Shown in pieces: positions 10,057-22,000 of a DNA stretch of 64,000 bases. Made by a program: the position numbers and the translations under genes. This stretch comes from an uncultured Methanoregulaceae archaeon. Its GTDB lineage: Archaea > Halobacteriota > Methanomicrobia > Methanomicrobiales > Methanospirillaceae. The first letter of the stretch is position 1. Each line of letters begins with the position of its first letter. The stretch spans positions 1,632,001-1,696,000 of the forward strand of contig OY970343.1 of NCBI GenBank assembly GCA_963717525.1, given 5' to 3'. The notes beneath the pieces were generated by a model, which had not been told where the DNA came from, searched no databases, and saw only the letters and a program-made list of their open reading frames with translations.

Positions 10057-13000
10057 AGATTACATACTTATCTGGCATTACCATGACGGAGAATTTCTGG
10101 CGGAGCATGATCATTGCGCTATCAGCCCTCGTCATTGCCCTGACGGTCTGGTGCCTGTCTCATGGAATTACAACTATCTTTATGCACCTGTACTATCTCC
10201 CGATCGTACTCCTTGCCTACCATTACCGGAAAAAGGGATTCGTTCTCGCACTCTTGCTCAGCCTGACGTACCTCAGCCTTGTTATCGCATTTGTGCCCGT
10301 TTACTCCAGTATTCTGGAGGCAGGTGCCCGTACTGCAGTCTTCATTGGCGTTGCCGCACTTGTCTATTATCTTTCTGAAAATCTTGTCCGGGCAGAAGAC
10401 GCCCTGCGTACCGTATCCCAGATCCAGCTGAGTATTATTCAGAATGCCAATGTCTGGTTGGTTGTAATCGACCTGCACGGACGGATCCTTGAATGGAACA
10501 AGGCTGCTGAAGAGACAAGCGGGTATACCGCCCAGGAAGTAATCGGGAGAAATGCTGTCTGGAAAAACCTGTACCCGGATACGGCGTACCGGAAGACTGT
10601 TACCAGTACCATCACGAGGATCATCGGTGACAAACAGGTGTTTGAAAATTTTGAAACAAGCGTCAGGACAAAAACCGGTGGCCGGAAAACCATTTCATGG
10701 AATACCCGTACGATCCCCGATGCACATGGAAAACCGATTCACTTTGTGGCGATCGGAATTGACATCACCGAACGCAAGCGGGCAGAAGAGCAGATCCGGC
10801 AGAACCAGCAGCTGCTTGCCTCGGCGATGGATCTTGCTCAGATGGTGAGCTGGGAGTACGATGTTGCCACCGCAATGTTCACCTTTGACGACAGGTTTTT
10901 CGCGTTCTACGGGACGACCGCAGAACGGGAAGGCGGTCACCGGATATCGGGAGAAACCTATGCCCGCGAATTTGTTTACCCCGAGGATATTCCTGCAGTC
11001 GCTCGTGAAATCCAGAACGTCCTGTCAATAACGGATCCCAACTTCAGTACGCAGATGGAACACCGGATCGTCCGTCGCGACGGGGCGGTCCGAACTATTA
11101 TCGTGCGGTACGCTCCCATCTTCGGGGCCGATGGAAAGGTCATAAAGACCTATGGCGCCAACCAGGACATCACCGAGCACAAAAAGGCCGAAGAGGCGAT
11201 CCGGGAGAGCGAGGCGCGTTACCGAAATCTTTTTACTAACATGCTGGAGGGATTTGCCTATTGCCGAATGCTCTATGATGACGTAGGGCAGCCTTCGGAT
11301 TTTGTCTATCTTAACGTCAATTCCGCATTTGACCAGATTATTGGTACAAAGACCGTGACCGGGAAACGGGTAACCGAAGTATTCCCAGGCATCAGGGAAG
11401 ATTTTCCTGAACTGTTTGAAATGTATGGCAGGGTTGTATCATCCGGCCAGCCGGCGTCCTTCGATCTCGATTTCAAACCGTCCGGCAAATGGTTACATAT
11501 ATCCGCCTACTCCCCGGCAAAAGATCACTTTGTTGCGGTTTTTGAAGATATTACCACCCGCAGGCAGGCGGATGAAAACCTCAAAAAAGCTGAAGAGAAA
11601 TACCGGCACATTTTCGAGACTGCTCTAGAGGGCATTTACCAGATCACCCCCAAAGGGAGACTGCTGACCGCCAATCCCGCGATGGCCCGTATCCTGGGGT
11701 ACGATTCTGCGGAAGACCTTACCACGACAGTTACGGACACAGCACGACAATTGTGGGCACATCAGGAACAACGCAAAGAATATCTCCGGCAGCTCAGGAA
11801 ACACGATATTGTTCAGAATTTCGAATGCGAGTTTTATCGCAAAGACAACAGCCCGATCTGGGTATCCTTAACGACCCATACCGTACGCGGAACAGGCGGG
11901 AAAATCCTTATTTCCGAGGGGCTCCTTACCGATATCACTCAACGCAAGAAAGCTGAACGCGAACTTATCGACCGCGAGTCGGAATACCGTACAATCCTCC
12001 ACACTACCATGGACGGGTTCTGTATCATCAGCCGAGATATGCGATTTGTGGATGTCAATGACGCCTTCTGCCGGTTGACCGGCTACTCCCGTGACGAGCT
12101 GCGCACCCGGTCCATTTACGATATCGAATTAAAAGAGACGGCCGAAGAGATCGCACAGCATTCCCGGGAGATCCTCCGCAAAGGTGAAGACCGGTTCGAG
12201 ACCAGCTACCGCCGGAAAGACGGCAGGATCATCGATGTCGAAGTCAGTGTTGTCGTTACTGACCGGCACGGCGGGCAGTTTATTACTTTCCACCACGATA
12301 TCACGGAACGAAAACGTATCCAGGCAGACCTGGAGAACGCCCGCAGCGACCTGGAGCAGAAAGTCCTTGTACGGACGCGGGAACTCAAAGAGGCCAACGA
12401 ATCGCTTCTCGCGGAAATTGCGCTCCGGAACAAGGCCGAGAACGATATTGTCGCTTCGCTCAAGGAAAAAGAGATGCTCCTCAAAGAGATCCATCACCGG
12501 GTCAAGAACAATATGCAGGTCATATCGAGCCTGCTGTTCATGCAGGCACGGGCGCAGAAGGATGAGAAAATCAAGGGAATCTTAAAGGAGAGCCAGGACC
12601 GTATCAAATCGATCGCGCTGGTACACGAAAAACTCTACCAGTCCACCGACCTCGACCGGATCGATTATGCTGATTACTTACGGAAAATTACTAATCACCT
12701 CTTCGAATCATACCAGATTGATCCCATGATCATCACCCTGCATCTTAATGCTGAGAAATCGGTGTTGCATATCGACAAGGCTGTTCCCTGCAGCCTGATT
12801 GTCAATGAGATGCTCTCCAATTCCTTAAAGCACGCATTCCCCGGGGGGAGAAAAGGGATGATCACGATTGACTTCAAAAAGAGCGCGGATAAGTACATCC
12901 TGACATACAGTGATGATGGTATTGGAATACCTGAAAGCGTGACCTTTGACCGGACTGAGTCCCTCGGAATGCAGCTGATTAAAGGCCTCACAAAACAGAT

Positions 13001-13064
13001 CAACGGGTCGATTGAGCTGGACAGGACGGCCGGGACGAAATATACGGTCACGTTTCCCGCGTGA
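10053..13064 (+). CDS. Membrane multi-PAS sensor histidine kinase (HisKA_2/HWE type)
   Basis: 4-TM N-terminus, five PAS/PAC units, EIHHRVKNNMQVISSLL, NSLKHAF, DDGIG, SLGMQL. Confidence 0.93.
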   Translation: MKITYLSGITMTENFWRSMIIALSALVIALTVWCLSHGITTIFMHLYYLPIVLLAYHYRKKGFVLALLLSLTYLSLVIAFVPVYSSILEAGARTAVFIGVAALVYYLSENLVRAEDALRTVSQIQLSIIQNANVWLVVIDLHGRILEWNKAAEETSGYTAQEVIGRNAVWKNLYPDTAYRKTVTSTITRIIGDKQVFENFETSVRTKTGGRKTISWNTRTIPDAHGKPIHFVAIGIDITERKRAEEQIRQNQQLLASAMDLAQMVSWEYDVATAMFTFDDRFFAFYGTTAEREGGHRISGETYAREFVYPEDIPAVAREIQNVLSITDPNFSTQMEHRIVRRDGAVRTIIVRYAPIFGADGKVIKTYGANQDITEHKKAEEAIRESEARYRNLFTNMLEGFAYCRMLYDDVGQPSDFVYLNVNSAFDQIIGTKTVTGKRVTEVFPGIREDFPELFEMYGRVVSSGQPASFDLDFKPSGKWLHISAYSPAKDHFVAVFEDITTRRQADENLKKAEEKYRHIFETALEGIYQITPKGRLLTANPAMARILGYDSAEDLTTTVTDTARQLWAHQEQRKEYLRQLRKHDIVQNFECEFYRKDNSPIWVSLTTHTVRGTGGKILISEGLLTDITQRKKAERELIDRESEYRTILHTTMDGFCIISRDMRFVDVNDAFCRLTGYSRDELRTRSIYDIELKETAEEIAQHSREILRKGEDRFETSYRRKDGRIIDVEVSVVVTDRHGGQFITFHHDITERKRIQADLENARSDLEQKVLVRTRELKEANESLLAEIALRNKAENDIVASLKEKEMLLKEIHHRVKNNMQVISSLLFMQARAQKDEKIKGILKESQDRIKSIALVHEKLYQSTDLDRIDYADYLRKITNHLFESYQIDPMIITLHLNAEKSVLHIDKAVPCSLIVNEMLSNSLKHAFPGGRKGMITIDFKKSADKYILTYSDDGIGIPESVTFDRTESLGMQLIKGLTKQINGSIELDRTAGTKYTVTFPA

Positions 13065-13079
13065 GAAAGGGGTGGATGC

Positions 13080-14213
13080 ATGAGCAAAGAAACAATTCTG
13101 GTGGTTGAAGACGAATTTGTCACCGGTTCAGAGATCCAGGCACGCCTTGAAGAGATGGGATTCAATGTGCCCGGGATTGTAGATACCGGCGAAGAAGCCA
13201 TACAAAAGACCGGCGAACTGAATCCGGATATCGTCGTGATGGATATCACCCTTAAGGGCACCATGACCGGGATCGAAGCGGCCGAACAGATCAGGGCCCG
13301 GTACGGGACGCCGGTGGTCTACCTGACGGCCCATTCGGATGAGGCGACCGTGAACAAGGCGATGCTTTCCGAGCCGTTCGGGTACCTGATTAAACCCTTA
13401 GATGAGCGGGCTCTGAGGACTACCATCCGGATGGCGCTGTACAAGCACGCGATGGACGAAAAGGTGCGCCAAAGCGAGGAGACCATCCGCGGTCTCTTGG
13501 ACGCCACAAAGGATGAGGCGGTGCTTGCGAACGGCGACGGGAAGATCCTCGCTTGTAACGAGGCGTTTGCCCGGAATGCTGGTAGACCTGCCGCCGAACT
13601 CACCGGCATCGTGATCTATGCGCTGATCGAAACAGGGGGCATTACAATGAAAACCGCAGATACGATGCAGAAGATGAGCGCTTCCTCGCCGATCTCGTTC
13701 GAAGAAGAGGCACATGGCCGCTGGTTTGACACGACACTCTATTTTATGCACGACAGCCGCACCTCCCACCGCCAGGTGGCCATTTTCCGTCATGATATAA
13801 CGGCCCTCAAACATGCAGAACGCGAGCTCGCGGCTGCAAATAAGGAGCTTGTACAGGAGAAGGAACGGCTGACCCTCTATGCTTCAGCGCTCGACCATAT
13901 GAGCGACTGTGCCGTCATTACCGACGCGATGGGCAACATCATCTACGTGAATGACACGTTCGAGAAGAAGTTCGTGCTCACCCGGGACAGCGTAAAAGGG
14001 AAGCATTTCAGCGAGCTCGCTCACGCCGAGAACCGGTACCCCCTCTCAAAAGAAGAGTTCCTCCATTACCGGGATACCGGTAACATCGCGGTCTTTGTAG
14101 CAAAGAATGCCTACGGGGTCAAGATACCCATGACTCTCAAAAGCTCGCCCATCCTCATCGAGAACAACCGGCCGCACAATTTCGTCTTCGTCCTCAGAGA
14201 CAAGACAGGATAA
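13080..14213 (+). CDS. Response regulator with PAS domains
   Basis: VVEDE, MDITL, YLTA and YLIKP receiver motifs plus two PAS-like segments. Confidence 0.9.
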   Translation: MSKETILVVEDEFVTGSEIQARLEEMGFNVPGIVDTGEEAIQKTGELNPDIVVMDITLKGTMTGIEAAEQIRARYGTPVVYLTAHSDEATVNKAMLSEPFGYLIKPLDERALRTTIRMALYKHAMDEKVRQSEETIRGLLDATKDEAVLANGDGKILACNEAFARNAGRPAAELTGIVIYALIETGGITMKTADTMQKMSASSPISFEEEAHGRWFDTTLYFMHDSRTSHRQVAIFRHDITALKHAERELAAANKELVQEKERLTLYASALDHMSDCAVITDAMGNIIYVNDTFEKKFVLTRDSVKGKHFSELAHAENRYPLSKEEFLHYRDTGNIAVFVAKNAYGVKIPMTLKSSPILIENNRPHNFVFVLRDKTG

Positions 14214-14310
14214 AACTCTTTAAATATACTTGAAAACCTTTCAAAAGAGATGCAAATAATTTTTAGTACGCACTCTCCTCACATGATTGATCTTCAAGAA
14301 TTGGAGTGAT

Positions 14311-14865
14311 TTAGCCGGTTTCGATCACTTTATCGACGAACGTGATCAACTGGTTCATGAGCATCGGGTCAAGTCCCTTCTCTGCGGCAAGGAAGATTCC
14401 GGAAATATCCATGAGCCGGAGTTTGTTGGTTAAAAAATGGATAAATTTAGAGATGGAAGGAGACGAGAGGTATATGAGCATTGTACTTATCGAATCGTAG
14501 AGGATGCATACCTTTTCCCCCGTACGTTGTTCCTTGAGGACCTCTGTAACCGCAATCCCCATATCTGTCAGATCGGCCGGACTGTTGATATAACGGACGA
14601 CTCCACGAATATTTTCCACCTTGCCAATCGAGTGATGGGTAACTGTGTCGACAAAAGACACTTTTGTGAGATCGACCCCACTCTCTTCATACATCTTTTT
14701 AAGTATGCTGTAAGGGAAATTCGTCGTGATAACCACCGAATGGTAGCCGAGTGTTGAAAGCTCTTTGATAACCTGGATATTGCGCTCCCGCATGTTTCCC
14801 GGGGTTGCAAGGAGGAGGAAGATCTGCTTTATGTCCAGATCCTCGGCGCGGACAATATCCGGCAC
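14311..14865 (-). CDS. Archaeal inactive RecA/KaiC-like ATPase-fold signalling protein (DUF835/DUF7504-like)
   Basis: VITTNFP, FVDTVT, SPADLTDMGIAV, YDSISTMLIY; lacks a Walker A motif. Confidence 0.65.
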   Translation of the reverse strand: MPDIVRAEDLDIKQIFLLLATPGNMRERNIQVIKELSTLGYHSVVITTNFPYSILKKMYEESGVDLTKVSFVDTVTHHSIGKVENIRGVVRYINSPADLTDMGIAVTEVLKEQRTGEKVCILYDSISTMLIYLSSPSISKFIHFLTNKLRLMDISGIFLAAEKGLDPMLMNQLITFVDKVIETG

Positions 14866-14866
14866 C

Positions 14867-15881
14867 CTATTCCCCCGCGAGGAATTTCCGGTATGCTTCA
14901 GGTATTTCCTGATGCTTTTCTGCTATTGCCCGCTGGAAATCCTGCACGTTTTGGACAATCTGATCGGCATTACGTATCTGGGTGTCTAGTATCAGGGCAA
15001 TCTCCTGTGGTTCGAGTTTCCTTTCACGGGTCAGTTTTGTAACATCAGACAGGTTATCCCGGATAACCTCGACCGGCCCCTTGAGTCTCATTGCCATCTC
15101 CGTCATATACGAGATCAGGGCCTCCTCTGCCTGCTTTCGTGCCGTGATATCGAGGCCGATGGCAATATCCTGATGGGCTCCCCCGGTGCCGATCTGCCTC
15201 GTGTTCCACGCTATTATTTTCTTTTCACCTGATTTTGTAACAATCGTCGTCTCAAAATTCTCAAAAAACCGGTTTTTTCCGATGATATCCATAATCTGCC
15301 TAGTTATAGTGCGGCGATAACCGGTATCCGGGTAGAGCCGTTTCCACACATCCCGTTTGCCGATCACTTCGTCCCGTAAATACCCGGTAATGGTCTCTGC
15401 AGCCTTGTTCCAGATCATGACGTTTCCTTTGTCAAGAACAGCAATCAGGATATTTGCATTCTCGATTATACTTTCGCGGAAGAGATCGGCATTCCGGAAT
15501 TCAGTGACATCGAGGCCGACCGCGATTGTCCGGGGCAGATCGCCGTCAATAATTTTTTTGGTATTCCAGAGAATGATCCGGGATTCCCCGGTCCTTGTAC
15601 GGATAACAGTTTCGAAATTTTCGAAATAATTTTTGGTAGACAGAATCGCCGAGATTTTTTTTGTTATGGAATCCCGGTAATTCTTATCCGGGTAGAGCCG
15701 TTTCCAGACCTCAGGTACTCCCCACTACGTCATTGTGTGAGTACCCGGTGATTGTTTCTGCGGCATGGTTCCAGGTCCTGATGCGTCCGTTTATTTCAAG
15801 CACCGCTATCATCGCGAGGGCATTATCAAGAATACCCTCCTCAATGCAGGATCTCTTATCTTTCGGTTTCGGTGTTCCCAT
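14867..15881 (-). CDS. Tandem-PAS protein with degenerate HisKA-like helical tail; frameshifted
   Basis: Two copies of WN(K/H)AAETITGY..VWKRLYPD..FENFET; upstream copy read manually from ATG at 15881. Confidence 0.75.
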
Positions 15882-16083
15882 AAAATTTTCCCCGGAATGT
15901 AGGCACAGTTTCTCCGTTTGAGGAGATGCTCGCTTCCCCTATATAAACCTAGTTGAATTTGGCTCTGTCAAGTCTTCGGCAGGGTGTCATTTTCTTCGGA
16001 GTGTTAAATATCAGAACTGCCGACAACTTGACAGTGCCCAGGTCTTCGATCACAATAGATAAAGGGATTGGAACAAAATTCAA

Positions 16084-19000
16084 TTATTTTCTTCTTAAAC
16101 AAACAATTCCTGTTACGATTGCCAGAAGACTAATCCAGATTCCCAGAGGTGTTGAAGTAGGGGCCACGGTGCTCGTGTCCGGGATTGAGACAGATGAACC
16201 GAGATCTGATGTGGCAGCAGTCACTGAAGCGGTCTGTATCGTCACTGGTGCAGTGGTCGGGAGGGGCGCACCTGTCACCGCTGCTGGAGGACTGGCGGAC
16301 ACAACCGTTGTATTCAACACTGAGGTATCATCGGTTGCCGTGTTTACGCGGGACGTTATGGCAAAAGACGAGAGCCCTGGCGTCGTTGCCGTAAAATAAT
16401 ACGCATCGCCATTCCGGGTAACAAACGTCGTTGGCAATTCCGACCACCCACCACCGGAGTTCCGCATGAAAACAATGTTGTCAGGAGTCAGGCCGTGCTG
16501 GGTAAGCCATGTTCCTGCGACTTCGAAGTTGACGGTGACCTGGCTGACCGATACCGGGTTCACACCGACAAGTTCGATCGTTACTATACCCGCGGTCTGC
16601 CGGCCGGGGAGCTGGGATGCATCTGGAGTACCGGCATCCGTCAAAGTCATTTGCGTCGGACCCAGCGATTGGGACGGGACAACCTGGACGCTGATAATCG
16701 CATATGGATACTCTATATCGCCCTCCGAGAGGACTTCGTTGATGGCAAAGGTCATGGTCTGGCCGGCTGTAGTCCCGGGGGCAGTAACGGCAAAGGAAGT
16801 CGGTCTGTAGAAATTCCCGGATTCGTCATTGCCGCCAGCACCACCGCCACCAGACGGTGAGGTCGGCGTGGGCGTCGGGACGGGATCATACGTGAACTGG
16901 TCTGCTGCCGAGGTTGTACCTGGTACCCCCGGGCGTCGTGACCGTTACATCAACCGTACCCGCTGAACCGGCTGGAGAGACGGCGGTGATACTGGTCGCT
17001 GAAGCAACCGTATAACTCGTCGCAGCGGTTGTCCCGAACGTCACGGCGGTAGCTCCGGTAAACCCGGTCCCGGTGATCGTAACCGTAGTACCGCCGGCCA
17101 ATGGTCCGCCGGTCGGCGTTATTCCGGTAACCGTCGGGATGGGATCATACATGAACTCATCCGCTGCTGAGGTCGTGCTGGTACCCCCGGGTGTTGTGAC
17201 CGTTACATCAACAGTACCTGTCCCGGCAGGGGAAACAGCAGTGATACTGGTCGCCGAAACGACCGTATAACTCGTCGCACCGGTGGTCCCGAACATCACG
17301 GTCGTTGCTCCGGTAAACCCGGTCCCGGTGATCGTGACCGGGGTTCCGCCGGCTACCGGCCCGGCTGCCGGTGAGATGCCGGTGACTGCCGGGACGGGAT
17401 CATACGTGAACTCATCCGCCGGTGAGGTCGTGCTGGTACCCCCGGGCGTCGTGACCGTCACATCAACAGTACCTGTCCCGGCAGGGGAAACAGCAGTGAT
17501 ACTGGTCGCCGAAACGACCGTATAACTCGTCGCACCGGTGGTCCCGAACATCACGGCTGTTGCACCGGTAAACCCGGTACCGGTCACCGTAACCGAGGTT
17601 CCGCCGGCTACCGGCCCGGCTGCGGGGGAGATGCCGGTGACTGCCGGGACGGGATCATACGTGAACTGGTCCGCTGCCGATGTCGTGCTGGTACCCCCGG
17701 GTGTTGTGACCGTTACATCAACTGTACCCGTACCTGCCGGAGAGACTGCGGTGATACTGGTCGCTGAAACAACCGTATAACTCGTCGCAGCGGTTGTCCC
17801 GAACATCACGGCTGTTGCTCCGGTAAACCCGGTCCCGGTCACCGTGACCGAGGTTCCGCCGGCTACTGGCCCGGATGCCGGTGAGATGCCGGTGACTGCC
17901 GGGACGGGATCATACGTGAACTCATCCGCCGGTGAGGTCGTGCTGGTACCCCCGGGTGTTGTGACCGTCACATCAACTGTACCTGCCGAACCCGCCGGAG
18001 AGACTGCGGTGATACTGGTCGCCGAAACGACCGTATAACTCGTCGCACCGGTGGTCCCGAACATCACGGCTGTTGCACCGGTAAACCCGGTCCCGGTGAT
18101 CGTGACCGGGGTTCCGCCGGCTACCGGTCCGCTGGTCGGTGAGATGCCGGTGACGGTCGGGACGGGATCATACATGAACTCATCCGCCGGTGATGTCACA
18201 CTGGTACCACCAGGTGTCGTGACCGTTACATCAACTGTACCCGTACCTGCCGGAGAGACTGCGGTGATACTGGTCGCTGAAGCAACCGTATAACTCGTCG
18301 CAGCGGTTGTCCCGAACGTCACGGCGGTAGCTCCGGTAAACCCGGTCCCGGTGATCGTAACCGTAGTACCGCCGGCCAATGGTCCGCCGGTCGGCGTTAT
18401 TCCGGTAACCGTCGGGATGGGATCATACATGAACTCATCCGCCGGTGATGTCACACTGGTACCACCAGGTGTCGTGACCGTTACATCAACTGTACCCGTA
18501 CCTGCCGGAGAGACTGCGGTGATACTGGTCGCCGAAACGACCGTATAACTCGTCGCACCGGTGGTCCCGAACATCACGGTCGTTGCTCCGGTAAACCCGG
18601 TCCCGGTGATCGTGACCGGGGTTCCGCCGGCTACCGGTCCGGATGCCGGTGAGATGCTGGTGACTGCCGGGACGGGATCATACGTGAACTCATCCGCCGG
18701 TGAGGTCGTGCTGGTACCCCCGGGTGTCGTGACCGTTACATCAACTGTACCCGTACCTGCCGGAGAGACTGCGGTGATACTGGTCGCCGAAACGACCGTA
18801 TAACTCGTCGCACCGGTGGTCCCGAACATCACGGCCGTTGCTCCGGTAAACCCGGTCCCGGTCACCGTAACCGAGGTTCCGCCGGTCAATGGCCCGGCTG
18901 CCGGCGTTATTCCGGTGACGGTCGGGACGGGATCATACATGAACTCATCCGCCGGTGATGTCACACTGGTACCACCAGGTGTCGTGACCGTTACATCAAC

Positions 19001-22000
19001 CGTACCCGCTGAACCGGCCGGAGAGACGGCGGTGATACTGGTCGCTGAAACGACCGTATAACTCGTCGCACCGGTGGTCCCGAACATCACGGCTGTTGCT
19101 CCGGTAAACCCGGTACCGGTAATCGTAACCGTGGTTCCGCCGGCTACCGGTCCGCTGGTCGGTGAGATGCCGGTGACGGTCGGGATGGCATAGTACGTGA
19201 ACTGATCCGCTGCCGAGGTCGCACTGGTTCCGCCGGGCGTCGTGACTGTCACATCAACCGTACCCGTGCCTGCCGGCGATGTTATGGTGAGAAAGGTAGG
19301 AGAGGCCACGAGCAAACCGGTACCGGCTGTGGACCCGAATTTCACTACAGTTGCACCGGTAAACCCGGTCCCGGTCACCGTAATCGAGGTTCCGCCGGTC
19401 AATGGCCCGGCTGCCGGCGTTATTCCGGTAACTGTCGGGATGGGATCATACGTGAACTCATCCGCTGCTGAGGTCGTGCTGGTACCCCCGGGTGTTGTGA
19501 CCGTCACATCAACTGTACCTGCCAAACCCGCCGGAGAAACGGCGGTGATACTGGTCGCTGAAACGACCGTATAACTCGTCGCACCGGTGGTCCCGAACAT
19601 CACGGCTGTTGCTCCGGTAAACCCGGTACCGGTAATCGTAACCGTGGTTCCGCCGGCTACCGGTCCGCTGGTCGGTGAGATGCCGGTGACGGTCGGGATG
19701 GCATAGTACGTGAACTGATCCGCTGCCGAGGTCGCACTGGTTCCGCCGGGCGTCGTGACTGTCACATCAACCGTACCCGTGCCTGCCGGCGATGTTATGG
19801 TGAGAAAGGTAGGAGAGGCCACGAGCAAACCGGTACCGGCTGTGGACCCGAATTTCACTACAGTTGCACCGGTAAACCCGGTCCCGGTCACCGTAATCGA
19901 GGTTCCGCCGGTCAATGGCCCGGCTGCCGGCGTTATTCCGGTAACTGTCGGGATGGGATCATACGTGAACTCATCCGCTGCTGAGGTCGTGCTGGTACCC
20001 CCGGGTGTTGTGACCGTCACATCAACTGTACCTGCCAAACCCGCCGGAGAAACGGCGGTGATACTGGTCGCTGAATTAACAACATAACTCGTCGCACCGG
20101 TTATCCCGAACATCACGGCCGTTGCTCCGGTAAACCCGGTCCCGGTAATCGTGACCGAGGTTCCGCCGGCCAATGGCCCGGCTGCCGGCGTTATTCCGGT
20201 AACCGTCGGGATGGCATAGTACGTGAACTGATCCGCTGCTGAGGTCGTGCTGGTACCCCCGGGTGTTGTGACCGTTACATCAACCGTACCTGTCCCGGCA
20301 GGGGAAACAGCAGTGATACTGGTCGCCGAAACGACCGTATAACTCGTCGCACCGGTGGTCCCGAACATCACGGCTGTTGCACCGGTAAACCCGGTACCGG
20401 TGATCGTAACCGTGGTTCCGCCGGCTACCGGTCCGCTGGTCGGTGAGATGCCGGTGACGGTCGGGATGGCATAGTACGTGAACTGATCCGCTGCCGAGGT
20501 CGCACTGGTTCCGCCGGGCGTCGTGACTGTCACATCAACCGTACCCGTGCCTGCCCGGCGATGTTATGGTGAGAAAGGTAGGAGAGGCCACGAGCAAACC
20601 GGTACCGGCTGTGGACCCGAATTTCACTACAGTTGCACCGGTAAACCCGGTCCCGGTCACCGTAACCGAGGTTCCGCCGGTCAATGGCCCGGCTGCCGGC
20701 GTTATTCCGGTAACCGTCGGGATGGGATCATACGTGAACTCATCCGCCGGTGAGGTCGCACTGGTACCCCCGGGCGTCGTGACTGTTACATCAACTGTAC
20801 CCGTCCCGGCAGGGGATTTTATGGTGAGAGAGGTGGGGGAGGCTACGAGCAGACCAGTACCCGGCTGTGGACCCGAATTTCACCACAGTTGCTCCGGTAA
20901 ACCCGGTCCCGGTCACCGTAACCGTGGTTCCACCGGCTACCGGTCCGGCTGCCGGTGTGATGCCGGTAACCGTCGGGATGGCTAAGTACGTGAATTTGTC
21001 CGCTGCCGAGATCGCACTGGTACCGCCGGGTGTCGTGACCGTTACATCGACAGTACCCGCCGAACCCGCCGGGGAAACTGCGGTGATACTGGTCGCTGAA
21101 TTAACAACATAACTCGTTGCAGCAGTGGATCCGAACATTACCGCCGTCGCACCGGTGAAGACGGTCCCGGTGATCGTGACCGTGGTTCCGCCGGCTGCTG
21201 ATCCACTGGTCGGTGAGATGCTGGTTACGGTCGGGGCGGCAATGTACGTATATTTGTCCGCTGCTGAAGTGACGCTGGTGCCCGAAGGTGTCGTGACTGT
21301 TATATCGACAGTACCCGCTGAACCGGCCGGAGAAACAGCGGTGATGCTGGTCGCTGAAACAACGGTATAACTCGTTGCAGCGGTGGTTCCGAATTTCACT
21401 GCTGTTACACCGGTAAACCCGGTCCCGGTGATCGTAACGGTAGTACCGCCGGCTGCCGGCCCGCTGGTCGGTGAGATACCGGTGATGGTCGGGGCATACG
21501 TGAACTGGTCTGCTGCCGAGGTCGCGCTGGTACCCCCAGGCGTCGTGACCGTTACATCAACCGTACCTGTCCCGGCAGGCGATTTTATGGTAAGAGAGGT
21601 GGACGAGGTCACGGACAAGCCGGTACCGGCTGTGGTCCCGAATTTTACTGCTGTTGCACCGGTAAACCCCGTGCCGGTTACCGTAACCGTAGTACCACCG
21701 GCTACCGGTCCGGCTGCCGGTGAGATGCTGGTAACCGTCGGGACAGGATCATACGTAAACTGATCTGATGCTGAAGTCGCGCTGGTACCGCCGGGCGTCG
21801 TGACCGTCACATCAACCGTACCGGCTGTACCGGCCGGGGAAACGGCGGTGATACTGGTCGCTGAAACAACCGTATAACTCGTCGCAGCGGTGGTCCCGAA
21901 CGTCACGGCTGTTGCACCGGTAAACCCGGTACCGGTGATCGTGACCGTAGTGCCGCCGGCTACCGGTCCGGCTGCCGGTGAGATGCCGGTGACGGTCGGG

